Part shown: one piece after another, positions 51,966-63,209 of the stretch
Numbering within the stretch: the first letter of the stretch is position 1
How the letters are laid out: the number at the start of each line of letters is the position of its first letter
Source of the DNA: Camelus dromedarius
Lineage: Eukaryota
Reading direction: 5' to 3'
Assembly (NCBI RefSeq): GCF_036321535.1
Contig: NC_087437.1
Span: forward strand, 43,712,001-43,776,000
DNA length: 64,000 nucleotides
The notes under the pieces: model-generated
Seen by the model: the letters and a program-made list of their open reading frames with translations, nothing else
Told to the model about the DNA's origin: nothing
Database searches by the model: none
Program-made: the position numbers and the translations under genes

Positions 51966-52599
51966 CACGTCTACACTCATCCTCCAGCAATTCATTAAAA
52001 TTGTCATTTAAATATTCCTACCAGTTTATGGCTTCAGTTGCTTCTGTTACAGATAAGTAGACGTTGGCTGTGACTTTCTGGATTCACCTGTCCCTACAGG
52101 TTAATATTTTTCCTGGATATAGTATAATTCTATCACTTAGAGCCACAGTTTCTTCCGACTTACTTGTATTCAACATTTTAATCTTGATACTATATTTCCC
52201 ATATTTAAAAATATTTCCAACAAATATTGCTGTACTTTTAATCTTACATAGTGAATTTGCCGAATTCTGGTTGATATTTTACAGAATGTGGAATTAAGTG
52301 TGTACTGTCATTTCACTTCTTTGACTCTGCAACTTGTAGAAATTCCTCCAGACACTGCCCTGTAAAGATCTTTACCAATTTCTACTCAATCAGCTACCAA
52401 GTTTACTAGAAATTTTCATTCATTGTGTAAAACTTACTAATATCCCCAGCACATGAACACTCATGCCCAATAAGCTACTCAGCTCCAACCATTTGAGACA
52501 AATAATTTCATACAATAGTGGCACATGAATATGGTACATGAGTGCAAAATCAATGCAGGTTGATATCTCTATGAAGATTAATACAGAAACTTAGTTGAA

Positions 52600-52912
52600 T
52601 GCTCTAATAAGGAGTAAGCTATGGAATGAAGGGATTTGGAGGAAAAGTCTTAAAACAGAACGTGCTCTCTCTCTCTCCTCCTCTCTCCTTGTCCTTCTCT
52701 CTGTCCCCCTCCCTCTCTCACTTCAACATGTGAGGACACAGCCAGGAGGTGGCCATTTGCAAGCCAGGAAGAGAGCCTTCACCGGAAACCAGATTGGCTA
52801 ACACTTTGACATTGGGAATCTCAGCCTCCAGAACTGTGAGAAAATAAATTTCTGTTGTGTAAGCCACTCAGTCTATGGTGTTTTGTTATGTGGGTGCAAA
52901 CTGACAAATACA
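52600..52912 (+). mobile_element. MLT1A/B-like MaLR LTR, 3' part
   Basis: 'catgtgaggacacag...cagcctccagaactgtgagaaaataaatttctgttg...agccactcagtctatgg'. Confidence 0.85.
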
Positions 52913-52964
52913 CCATGTTTTTCAATCAACCCATCTCCTTGGCTAATCAAGAAATTAGGCACTA

Positions 52965-53180
52965 GCCTTTCTTGAGTATGAACTATCATGTTTTAGGCAC
53001 TGTACTAGATGTTTTAAATATGTTACTTCATTTTATTTTTAGAACCTCTTGAAGTCATTTTACAAATAAGGAAACCAGGACATAGAAAAGAAAGCTAACT
53101 TGTTTAAAGTCACACAGCTGCTAAATGCCAAAGTTTGAATTTGAACCACAGCATGTTTGATGCAGAGGCTATGTACATGC
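52965..53180 (-). mobile_element. MIR SINE
   Basis: 'cattttacaaataaggaaacc...taacttgtttaaagtcacacagct...atttgaacc'. Confidence 0.75.
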
Positions 53181-53387
53181 CCTGACAATGTGCTGCATGC
53201 TGCCTCCCCACAGGCCGGGAGACCACTGAAGCTAAGTGACTGTGCTAGGAATTAATAGTGCAGGATTTATTTCCAGCATAAAATTTTACCTAGATTATAC
53301 TTTTATTGATCACCCACTATGTGCTAACCACTGTTTATGAAAGGCCATAAATGTCAGGCTGTAGAGTTTTTATTTTATCCTATAGTC

Positions 53388-53614
53388 CAGAGGTCGGCTA
53401 ACATTTTTTTCTGTAAATGGCAGGATAGTGGAAATTTTACACTTTGTGGGGGGATACAGTCTCTGTGGCAACTATTCAACTCAGCTGCTATAACACAAGT
53501 GCAGCCATAGGCAATAAGAAAATGAACATGCATGTCTGTGTTCTACTACCTTTTATTTATGAAAACAGACTGTAGGTTGGATTTGGTCATCATGCTGTGG
53601 TTTACCAACCCCTG
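53388..53614. mobile_element. MER58A hAT-Charlie MITE, inserted in an L2
   Basis: TIRs cagaggtcggc / accaacccctg; 8-bp TSD ctatagtc/ctgtagcc. Confidence 0.9.
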
Positions 53615-53977
53615 CTGTAGCCAACAGTAAGTGACTGAAGGTGCCTGAGAAGGATTTGATCAAAGACATGTTTTCTGAAGATGGATTTGTAGTGATGTAC
53701 AGTACGATTTGGAGGAGGAAGAAAATAGAGGCAGAGAAAGCTTGAGAAGGCTAAGACTCAAAGGCCAAGTATGAGTATGTCAGGTTTTGAGATCACAGGT
53801 TGATCCTCTTTAAAACTCAAACTTAGAACTTTCTCCTTCAAAAACTCACAAGAATAGATCTTATGCCAGTGTAAGTCAAATAATTGATTTCTTTTTTCTT
53901 GGCCAAAACCAGAAATCCAATTACTAAAGAGTTTAATGATATTTAAAGGCAAATACTTCTCTCTTTCTCTCTTTTCA

Positions 53978-54002
53978 TGTGTGTGTGTGTGTGTGTGTGT
54001 GT
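53978..54002. repeat. (TG)12 microsatellite
   Basis: Read directly. Confidence 0.95.
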
Positions 54003-54619
54003 CCCATAGCTCAAGGAACCCCAGAATATCCAGCAGGTGTCTTTATCTGTAATCACATTACTTAGTAAATCAACCAGAGAAGGAGGGTGTGAAAATAGGG
54101 GCGACGCTGAGGAGCCCCTGCCTCTCAAAGTGCCACAGCTCTAACACAAAGTTGGGTTGATGAATTAGAACAAGACCTTTCACTTACAGAATCTTCTTTG
54201 GAAAGAGATAGGAATTAGGCCACTTGGCCTCTCATTTCTCTCCGTAAAATCCTCTTTTATAAAAGTATTGGCACGGCAATCTGCCTGTGAGGCAATGAGA
54301 AGGTTTAGCAGATGAGAAGACCCAAGAGGATTTTCATTTACTTGGTCAAGATCACCCAATTAAACATTGTTTTATCTGGGAAAAACACAGAACACTACAA
54401 GTTTCTATCTACATGATCTTACAGCCACAAACGAGAAAGTGAACAATCCAGTTAATGAGCCAATTTTTGTCTATGTGATAACAAAACATTGGTGTGACTC
54501 ATATTACTTTTAAATTAACCAGCTGTTTAGGTAACATGGTACAAAACAACTGGCATTCCAAACTGTCCATTACTTCTTCCAATTAAATTGTATTGCCTTA
54601 TAACTGTTAGCAAAAAGAG

Positions 54620-54830
54620 CATTCACTCATTTGTTCATGCATTGTTTACTGGTTAAATACTTTGTCAGCACCAGCTGCTTCTCAGGGCAGGGTACTGGGC
54701 TTAATAATAAAGGAAATACAGAAATGAGTAAGATGCTACTTCTGCCTGTGAAAAGCTTCCGATCTCAGAAGGGGCATAAGACAACAAAGCAAATATCGAC
54801 AAATAAATGACAGAAGGTGACATCATATGT
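54620..54830 (-). mobile_element. L2 3' end
   Basis: 'cattcactcatttgttcatgc...atacagaaatgagtaaga'. Confidence 0.5.
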
Positions 54831-54879
54831 TGACAACAAAGTCAAGTGCTTACAACCTACAGGGTTTCTCTCTTTGAGG

Positions 54880-55040
54880 AAAGAGCATTTGCTACAATTC
54901 TGATATATCAGATTCAGGTCCCAGCACTGCCGCTAACTACTTATTTGCCATTTGCTTAGCCACAACTTTTCTGGGTCTCAGTATCCCCACCTGTGAAAGG
55001 ATCGGCTGCATTGTTAATGCTTTTCCTGCCAGTACTACCC
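54880..55040 (+). mobile_element. MIR fragment
   Basis: 'tctgggtctcagtatccccacctgtgaaagg'. Confidence 0.55.
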
Positions 55041-55399
55041 TAAGTTTCAATAGTTTATGTTGTGGAAGGATATGAATCAGAGTACATTTCAAAGGATAAA
55101 GGAAACTTTGTTGAGAAAAGGTGGAAATATGGATGCCCTTGAGACACAAGAATCGGTCTTTATAGATGCAGATGAGTTAGGCACACTCTGTAAGTCAAAG
55201 GAATAGTGAAAGTAAAAGCTGGCATAAACCGGCTACATATGTCAGAAAACATGATAACAATACCTACATTTATGGGGCAAATATCTGGAAACAGAATTTG
55301 CTCAGAAAACTGGATGGAGGGGTAAGGTTGAAAGCAGATAGAAATGTCAGTGACCAGTATTTGGTGGGCAAAATTAAATTCTTTGTGTCACCCCCTTTT

Positions 55400-56690
55400 C
55401 TCATAGACAGCTGCATGGGGAGAGGGGAAGCATGGAAGTGGGAAAGGCTATCAGTGCAGGAGGTGACATTCTGACAGGCCAGTCCTGGGTATTGAGAAGC
55501 TACAATAACACCAGTGACAGTGGGGCATCCCTGCTCCCACAGCACAGGGCGACGGGAAAGAGGCCCAGGTTATTCTCAGGATTCAGTCTCCACACTTGAT
55601 GTGTTATGTGCAGCTGGAACTACCTTATGGAAATTTCCAGGTCAACCAAGTGAGTGCAAATTATGAGTTACAGGAATCTGGAAGTTTAATTCATGACAAC
55701 ATCATGAGTGAAGAAAAAGATCTTCACTTCATCATTTGTGCTAGAAAGGCTGCTGTAAAGGGTAATAGAGAAAATCTTTTCTGAGTTAAAATTAGCAAGC
55801 CTTTCTTATTTCAGCAGCAAAAACAGGAGCTTTCTAACTAACAGGAGCTCTGGAAGCTTTGGAAGCTTAATAGTACATGAGACATTTGAACAATTGACCC
55901 TTTTCCCCGATTTCTCACTGATAATGAATTTTACACCAGAGGAGAAGGTAAAAGCAGCAATTTTGGAAGCTTACTGGGACCAAATAAAAAGCCAGTAGCA
56001 GTGGTCTATCCTAGGCCTTGGTGGTGGGCGTTGCTGGGGACATAGATCTTTGTCCTGGGTCAAGTCTAGGCGCAGAGGCTTCTGTAATTACAAAAGGCCA
56101 GGTATTCTTCCCTCTCCCCAAAATACAACCTAATTCTCTTTCTTTCCCTACTTCCTCCTCCAAAAAAGAAAGAAACAAGGCCTATAAAAGCACTGGAAAC
56201 TTTCCTTCTGCTAGAAACATAGGGGAATTTCAGTGAGGTCAGTATAGTGATGACACCAGGGAAGCCACTCTCTCACAGTCAGGAACAGAGACCTCAAGGG
56301 GCAGGTCAGAAAGTTACGACAGTAGATCAGAAGTTGCAGAACCCTGTGGAACAGTGAAAGAACAGGCAAGACCCCTCCTAAGTATAGACTCAACTCAGAC
56401 CTGTTATCTCTACCCTTGGGAACTGTAGATTATCCCAGAAATTAGGAGGGGAGAAAGACCACGCCTTATGAAACTGGATAAATATAATGCTCTAGTGCTT
56501 CTAGACTTAACATCTGCCCGAAAAGACTAGGTTTGGGTACAGTGAGCAAGTCCTACCAGGTATATTGTCGTGATATCAAGATATATTAAAGAGACTGTAA
56601 AGGAAGAACTAGTAAGCGGCTGTGTGGTGTGTTCTGCTCAGCAGATTTGGCAGTCGTGGGTCTATTGAGGGATAACTCCCTCGACAGCTT
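55400..56690 (+). mobile_element. Decayed Ty3/Gypsy gag-protease region (MamGyp-int-like, PNMA-type gag)
   Basis: Ordered motifs MGRGEAWK (55415), KRPRLFSG (55558), VLERLL*RVIEK (55738), FPDFSLIMNFTPEEK (55903), then protease-like NALVLLD (D at 56504). Confidence 0.7.
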
Positions 56691-56777
56691 GCAGAGCACC
56701 ATGGACAGCATCAAGCACCAGGAGCCATTTAACCACACATGTCTAACATACAATGCTTTTAAAAAATAAAATGATCC

Positions 56778-57325
56778 TGATGGAATTCAGGGCAGGCTGA
56801 CCCAAGATGTGTCACTCTGGCATGTGACTTCTGACTGAAAACAGGCAAGACCCAAAAGACTCAGGAAGAAACTATGAACTTCTCCCTAACTACCTTAAAC
56901 GAATTGGATAGAAAGCCTCTTCCAGGAAGGAGCTGTCAGATCCTATAATATAATATGAACTAGGTGTGGTAGACGGGGAGGAACCTAGCAAGGTCCGCTA
57001 GTCAAAGTCCCCTCTGTGTCCTATCGTCTCTAGATGACCCAGAAAGCACTTATTTACCAAACACTAACTCTCTTCATCTTTCTGTGGATGACCTTGCTTT
57101 GCTTTGCTTTGAATTCTCAAACCTCTTCCTCCTTCTTTTTAGTTCAGAATGACATACATAGCTCATCTCACCTTACTGTTGTTGGAGTTCTCATGCTTAG
57201 GTAAGTTCCCCGTATGCACATATTAAATTTTATTTTCTCCTATTAATCTGTCTTACGTCATTTTAATTACTTGACCAGCCAAAAGAACCCAGAGAGGAAA
57301 GGGTGATATTTTCTCCTCCAAAACC
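56778..57325 (+). mobile_element. MER34/MER39-like ERV1 solo LTR inserted into the Gypsy element
   Basis: Start 'tgatggaattcagggcaggctgacccaagatgtgtcactctggcat'; end 'ttttctcctattaatctgtct...ccagccaaaagaacc...tttctcctcc'. Confidence 0.8.
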
Positions 57326-57930
57326 CCTTGTTCCCTGCTCCTTGGCATTGTTGTCTTAGAAACACCTGTGGCCTGAGCCTAGTCTTGCACTCTGAAGTGT
57401 CCTCAGCATGTGAACAGAAAACTGAAGTCAGTCCCTGCATGCCTGCCTCCTGGGATGTGCCCAAGGGGAGCAGCATACCATCGTGTTAAGTGACTCCAGG
57501 GCATTTCCAGAACAATCTAAGAGGATTGCTTTTTGGGAGATTAATGACCTGAGGGATCGTTTTAAAGAGCTGTTGGTTAGTAGGATCATTACTGCATCAT
57601 AGCCCATATGCCTCTCCAGTTGTGGTAGTGAGAAAGGAGTCTGGGAGAAAATGAGAGTGTGTGAATTATCATACTGTTAATTGCTGAACTAACAGTGATC
57701 AACAGACTGCTTGTGAAGAATGCCTAGAGTTCACCCTGTTAGATTTGCAGAACAGGCATCACCAGATAGCAGTTACAGGGGCTGGAAGAGTGCATTTATC
57801 TGAAGAGCAAGGTCTCATCCTTTTGAAAAGATGCCCCAGGGTCTCTCAGGAGGCCCTGCTGTCAACCCTCAGGGGGAAAGGCTGTTGGTGACAGAAGCTA
57901 GCTTCAGGCAGCTTCTTCCCTTGATCAGAA
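57326..57930 (+). mobile_element. Decayed Ty3/Gypsy reverse transcriptase, with stops and frameshifts
   Basis: GCAQGEQHTIVLSDSRAFPEQSKRIA...KELLVSRIITAS / SPYASPVVVVRKESG...CVNYHTVN...FTLLDLQNRHHQI / SAFI...FEKMPQGLSGGPA / KAVGD..LQAASSLDQ, where SLDQ (57917-57928) is the YLDD position. Confidence 0.9.
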
Positions 57931-57974
57931 CCATCTACTGTTTCTTGAGGGTGAAAGATGAATTGACTCTCACC

Positions 57975-58635
57975 TGTGTGTTAGCAGGGCCCTCCTGCTA
58001 CTCAGGAAGCAGTTGCTGTCTGCATCCCACCCACATCTCAGTGCTCACCTCTAGGCTGAAGGCTGCCATGCTGTGAACAAGTGCCACTTCCTAACGTAGG
58101 CCTGCTTTTTTTTCTTTTTTTACTTTTTCTTGGCTTGGTAGCATGAAAGGCTTGCTATCAAGGCAAAACAAAAGTGATAGGAATTGGGAGGAGGATACAG
58201 CTCAGTGGTAGAGCACATGCTTAGCATGCATGAGGTCATGGGTTCGATCCCCAGTACCTCTGTTAAATAAAAAGAAAATAATACGTAAGTAAACCTAGTT
58301 ACCCACCCCCTTCAAAAAAAAAAGAATTTTTTTAAATAAATAAATTTAAAAAAAATTTTTAAGTGATAATAGTTAACACCCCTAGAAGCAAATCTCAACC
58401 CACAGAGAGTACTTACTCCACTACTGAGGTAATAAATAAGGTGTGGTCTGCGCAGACTCCCAGTTCCTCAGTGGGATTACCACAGTTGTAACTTGCATGC
58501 CTATTTACTCTCTGTCAACTTCATTCTTTTTCCTGCCTCACTTCCTTACTCTCCTACTTGTGTTTCCTGGGATCACCTCCTGACTCTCAAATCTTCATCT
58601 CAGTGTTTGTTTCTGGGGGAATCCAAACAAAGACA
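57975..58635 (+). mobile_element. LTR16-like ERVL LTR, interrupted by a SINE
   Basis: 3' end 'ttcctgggatcacctcc...ctcaaatcttcatctcagtgtttgtttctgggggaatccaaacaaagaca'. Confidence 0.75.
58186..58363 (+). mobile_element. Full-length Vic-1-type SINE, tRNA-Ala(AGC)-derived, camelid
   Basis: Head 'gggaggaggatacagctcagtggtagagcacatgcttagcatgcatgaggtcatgggttcgatccccagtacctc' with A box and B box (58241-58250); AT-rich body 'aaacctagttacccacccc'; A-rich tail; partial TSD aagtgata. Confidence 0.9.
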
Positions 58636-58909
58636 CTCTGATAACACATCTTGCTACAAATAACCTCAATACCTTTTGCTATTGGTTATTCCCAAAGATT
58701 AGGAACACAAGCATACATACACTTCCAATTTAAATACAAAGTCTTCCATCTTTTTCTACCCCTTGGCCCAAAATAATAGGAAAGGGCAGGAGAAGTCTAT
58801 GATTTCAGGACACAACTTAAATTTTATCTACCCGGGGTCTTCTGAGCATCCTAACCAAGGGAAAACGGGGACAGGAGCTCAAGCCTGCAGTCTCTAGGCC
58901 TTGACAAAC

Positions 58910-59066
58910 TTGTCACTCAAAGTTTAGTCCTCAATGTCACCCTGGAACTTGTTAAAAGAACAGAATGTCCTATCCCATCCAGACCTACTGAATAGGAACA
59001 TGCATTTTTTTTAAAAAACAAGATCTCCAGGTGATTCATATGCACATTATAGTTTAAGTGTTGCTA
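58910..59066. mobile_element. MER5A hAT-Charlie relic
   Basis: 'ctggaacttgttaaaa...ccagacctactgaat...aacaagatctccaggtgattcatatgcacatta'. Confidence 0.85.
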
Positions 59067-59261
59067 ACTTCAGACACATGCTGCCTTTGTATTTAAATTG
59101 GGCTGTGGTCTTTTGGAGAAAGAAAATGTGGTATTTCTATGAGCAGATCTTAGCAGCTGCAGCTCTCTGCTTAGGTGTATAGTGTATTACTGCTATGCCA
59201 AAAATCCAAAGAAGAGTCTTAGAATTTCCCTTCTATGGAGATACCTGGGTATAGATGGGGT

Positions 59262-59613
59262 ATTACCACTTGCCACCAGGTGTAACAAGCTGTCAGATGT
59301 AACAGTGTCCTCCAGCCAAAGACCCAAGAACACAGGTAATTGAACAAGTTGAGTTTATTACTGGTTGCCTGAAGAGAGAACACACATCATGAGGAATCCT
59401 GGGGTGTCTCAGTACGAAAGTGTCAGAAAGAACTTATTAAAGGATTTGGATTTTAGTTGAGTGATTTTGGAGAGGGTCCAAGGAAGTAGGGCTTTGCTGT
59501 GAGTTGGGTACTGTCAGGAAAGCAAGGATAATTCTACAATTGGGTACCTCAATAAATCTTATCTATGGGGAGGACAAACTAAAATGAGACTAAAGTTATA
59601 ATTGGAAATAAAA
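59262..59613 (-). mobile_element. ERV1 LTR fragment, MER89/MER90-like
   Basis: 'gagtttattactgg...gagaacacacatcatgagg...gtgtctcagta...ggataattctacaattgggtacctcaataaatc'. Confidence 0.6.
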
Positions 59614-59854
59614 ATCCACAGAGAATGAAACAGAAGGTATGAATTGTTTTTCTCCTTTGTAGGTTTTTTTCCTTTGTAAGATCCCCTATGCCACATTATA
59701 TCAGCGTAATTTAAACCTTGAGACTAAAGATGCATAATATTTTTACAGCATGGTGTTTAAACAAACCAACTACTTTCTTTAATGCTCAACACAAGAAATA
59801 GTGATATGTTCTACAGTTTGAAAAAAAATGGTTGTTTTGGATTCTTTGAAAAAT

Positions 59855-60450
59855 AATATCATTTAATGCACCTACTGTGTACCACATGGTATTTTCTTGT
59901 TGCTTAAAGATACATAGTGAAGAAGACAGATAATGTCCCTACTCTAACAGAGCATGTCATTAGTGGAGAGAGACAGACAATGAACAAATAAATAAGATAA
60001 AAATTCAAAGTGCTGTAAATAAAATGAAACATAATGGGATATTAAAAAATGGAGAAGGGGGATTCTTTAGTTTAGTCAGAGAAGGGTCCTCTGAGGACAT
60101 GACATTAGAATGGAGACCCAGATGATGTGATGAAGTCAGCCAGGTGTATATCTGAGGGGGGAGGCTCAGAGAGAACAGACAGTGGAAAGCTCCTGAATTT
60201 GGCACAAGACTGGTGTTTTCTGGAAACAGAAGGAAAGCCAGTGCGGCAGCAGTGCAATGAATCAGGAAGAGAATGGTACAAAAATAGGCTAGAAGGTAGA
60301 GAGAGGATGCCTATAACTTTGTTTGCAATTCCTGAACCTGTAAAGTTCGAGAAGCCTAATAAACTGTTGGCAGCTGGATATTTGACCTTGGGATTTGAGG
60401 TAAGAGTTCAGAACTGGAGACATAAATTTGGGAATCATCAGCTATGTTGT
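59855..60450 (-). mobile_element. L2a 3' region
   Basis: 'atttaatgcacctactgtgtacca...gtcagagaagggtcctctgagga...ctggagacataaatttgggaatcatcagc'; explains ORF 60127-60489. Confidence 0.8.
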
Positions 60451-61289
60451 ATGCTCTTTTGTTCAATGCTTGACTTCTACTTAGGATAGACAAGTATAAC
60501 AACTGTTGGGTAAAGAAAGATAAAATAATGGGGAAATATGGCTATTGGTCTAAGCAGATATCCTTGGAATGGGGTGAAAAACTGTAAGGTCTTTGAAAAG
60601 TTCTTCAGGCAGGATCTGGAGAAGACATCTTCCAATTGACAGAATCCTGAATAGTAACATCCTTGAGTTGAACCTGCTCATCAACCTTTAGGTAGAGTGG
60701 AGAGTGGCTGAAACCAGGAGATGGAAAACACATTTCTCAGAGGGCAGCAGGAATGAGAGGAAAAAGGTGAAATAGGGAGGACTCTTGGGCGTTATCAGAC
60801 AGGGATGTGCTGATGAATAAAATAAAGTACAAACTTTAAAGGAGAAAATACTGTTTAAAGACTAGAACTAATAGCCTTAGAGAGATAGTAGGAATCATTG
60901 GTGTGTTCAGATTTGGGGACTTTGTTTAGGCTGTCTTTACACTAATATGTTCCATCATTTCTGTTTCTGGTATTTCTGCTAGTTGAGTCTTGGTCCTGCT
61001 GGACTGATACTAAATTCTTTAATTCTAATTCTCTTACTTTTTATTTTTTGGTATTTCCCATCTGTTTTCTTATATTTTTCTTAAAAATCTTTAAAAGTAG
61101 ATATAAATCACATATTTAACTTTTTAAAAATTCACATATAAACAAGGAACTAAACACATGGTTATGTTTAGGAATATAGTGACATACTCTTCTGTACATT
61201 TTTGCCATATGAATAATTACTTTTTTTCAAATACATTTTTAAAAAGTTAATTATAAAGCCTGGAAAGTGCACACAGTGAGGAGTGGATA

Positions 61290-61860
61290 CAAAGCTCCTA
61301 CTATTTGATCAAAAAAGTTCCACTCTTAGGAAATAACAAAGAAATAATCAGAAAAACAGATAGAGCTTTATACAAAGATACTTGGTATGACATTATTCAT
61401 TCAATATACTCATTAAGCAAATTTTTCTTTTTTGCCTACCAAGTTTCAAGTTCTACATTAAGCTGGCATTGCAGAATAGAGTGTCTCTGCCCTCATGAAT
61501 ATTACATTCTTGTCTTATTGAAAATAAGTAAAACTGTGGAAATAGCCTTAATCTCCTATAACATAGGAATGGTTAGATAAATTATACCCATGTGATGAAA
61601 TGCTGAGTAGCTATTAAAAATAAAATTTACATATTAGCTTAGAAAGTTCACTGAGATATATTACTAAGGGTCTGCATTGCTATCTAGTGCCTAGCATATA
61701 GAACTATGACAATATCTGGCATGCAAATGAATATGCTTAGATATTAATATTTATTCTGTTATCTTTGCATGGTTAGAATACAATGATATTTGTTTTCTGA
61801 GTTATATATTCTGCATTTTCACAGCATTTATTATTACCAGATATTATGTCTATAATCAAT
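61290..61860 (+). mobile_element. L1ME 3' region with a nested L2 tail at about 61395-61510
   Basis: 'gttccactcttaggaaat...taggaatggttagataaattata...agctattaaaaa'. Confidence 0.55.
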
Positions 61861-63059
61861 AAGTGTATGTTAATAAATGTTAACAGTATCACTTAATGCT
61901 AAGTGATAGCACTAATATTTTAAATGATTAATGATAAATACTTCTTTCTAGTTACAAATGAAAAGTTTAATATTAACTTGGAAATATTCACAATCATGTC
62001 TTGTTAACAATGAAGATAAGGCAAGTCACCTCCAGAGGATAAAGGGCATAAGCCTCTCCACACCCTGCCTTTTTACCTAAGGGGTGTTCTTTAGGTACCC
62101 AAACTGCCTGATACTATGGGATGTGTCAAGACCCCATACGGCCATTGTTGGAGCTATAGATCCAATATCCCAGTTTATAGAAGACTGCCACTGCACACCC
62201 TAGCCAGGTGTTGCCAGATTATGAACGCCACAATCTCTGCCCACTGATAGTTTCAGTACCTAGAAAACTCATCATTACTGCGTCCAAGACTAACTGAGCA
62301 GTTAGTAACCAGCTCAGGAAAAGGGGCGAGACAAGACAGATTAAGTGGAAGAACAAGAAAGCAAGCAATCCCCTCAAGCAGGGAGTCAAGAAGCAGACAG
62401 TCTCAGGGAAAACACACAATGTTTATTTTTATTTATTATTGAGTTGTTACATAAGAAAATTTATGGAGCATAATATATAGGTTTGTAAACATACATACAT
62501 ATTCATGCACATGGGCTTAGCACACACAGACATACAGACATACAGTAACAAAATTACAGAAATTAGATGCAATTGTTTTAATCTATAAAATTTACAATTA
62601 TTAAAGATACTTCCCAGTGTAGGTGAGGGCATAGAGAAAGTGCACCAGGAGAATTTTCCTGTGGACAGGAAGAATCCCAAGGGCCCCTTCTCCAGTGAGG
62701 GATGGAGGGATGTAAGCCATTCTTTATCTTGTTACTTTTGATTTGAAACTTTGGAAGTTCTCTAGGTGAAATCTGAAACTGGACCCCACACATAGAGGGT
62801 AAGGAGAAACTGAAGAATGAGGATACCACTCCAGATTGGCAGGTGGCAGGTTAAAAAGCAAGGAAACTTTCATAGGAGGCTTATCTTGGGCAGCTGCAAG
62901 ACAAGTAGATCTCTGCACCTGCCCACCAGAATCCTAGGGCCTTACCTGGGTTCAGTCACATACACCATCCAGATGGTCTCAACAATACAGTGCTCTCTCA
63001 AAGCTGTGTCTTGACAATGGCTCTGGCTGTGAGAGCAGTGGCCAAACTTACAGAGGGCG

Positions 63060-63190
63060 AGGGGATGAGGAACCTCTGATTGTTCTGGTTCTGCTCTTGG
63101 GTCCAGTGGTTACTTAACCTCTGTAAAGCTCCATTTCTTATCTGTTAAATGGAGGTAAGAATAACTACCTTAAAGTTGTGTCATAGTATA
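63060..63190 (+). mobile_element. MIR fragment
   Basis: 'gttacttaacctctgtaaagctccatttcttatctgttaaatggagg'. Confidence 0.7.
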
Positions 63191-63209
63191 TATGTACCAA
63201 AGTGTATTA

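Noticed and set aside
56361..56853. 14-bp direct repeat aacaggcaagaccc (56361 and 56840)
   Set aside because: Several exact 14-mer matches are expected by chance in 64 kb, and the two copies sit in unrelated elements.
55400..57930. Idea that the Gypsy sequence is a domesticated PNMA/RTL-like gene
   Set aside because: It has multiple stops and frameshifts, has lost YLDD, and is interrupted by an ERV1 LTR.
58186..58262. Apparent tRNA-Ala(AGC) gene
   Set aside because: It is followed by a SINE body and A-rich tail with a partial TSD, and it interrupts an LTR16. It is a SINE head, not a tRNA locus.
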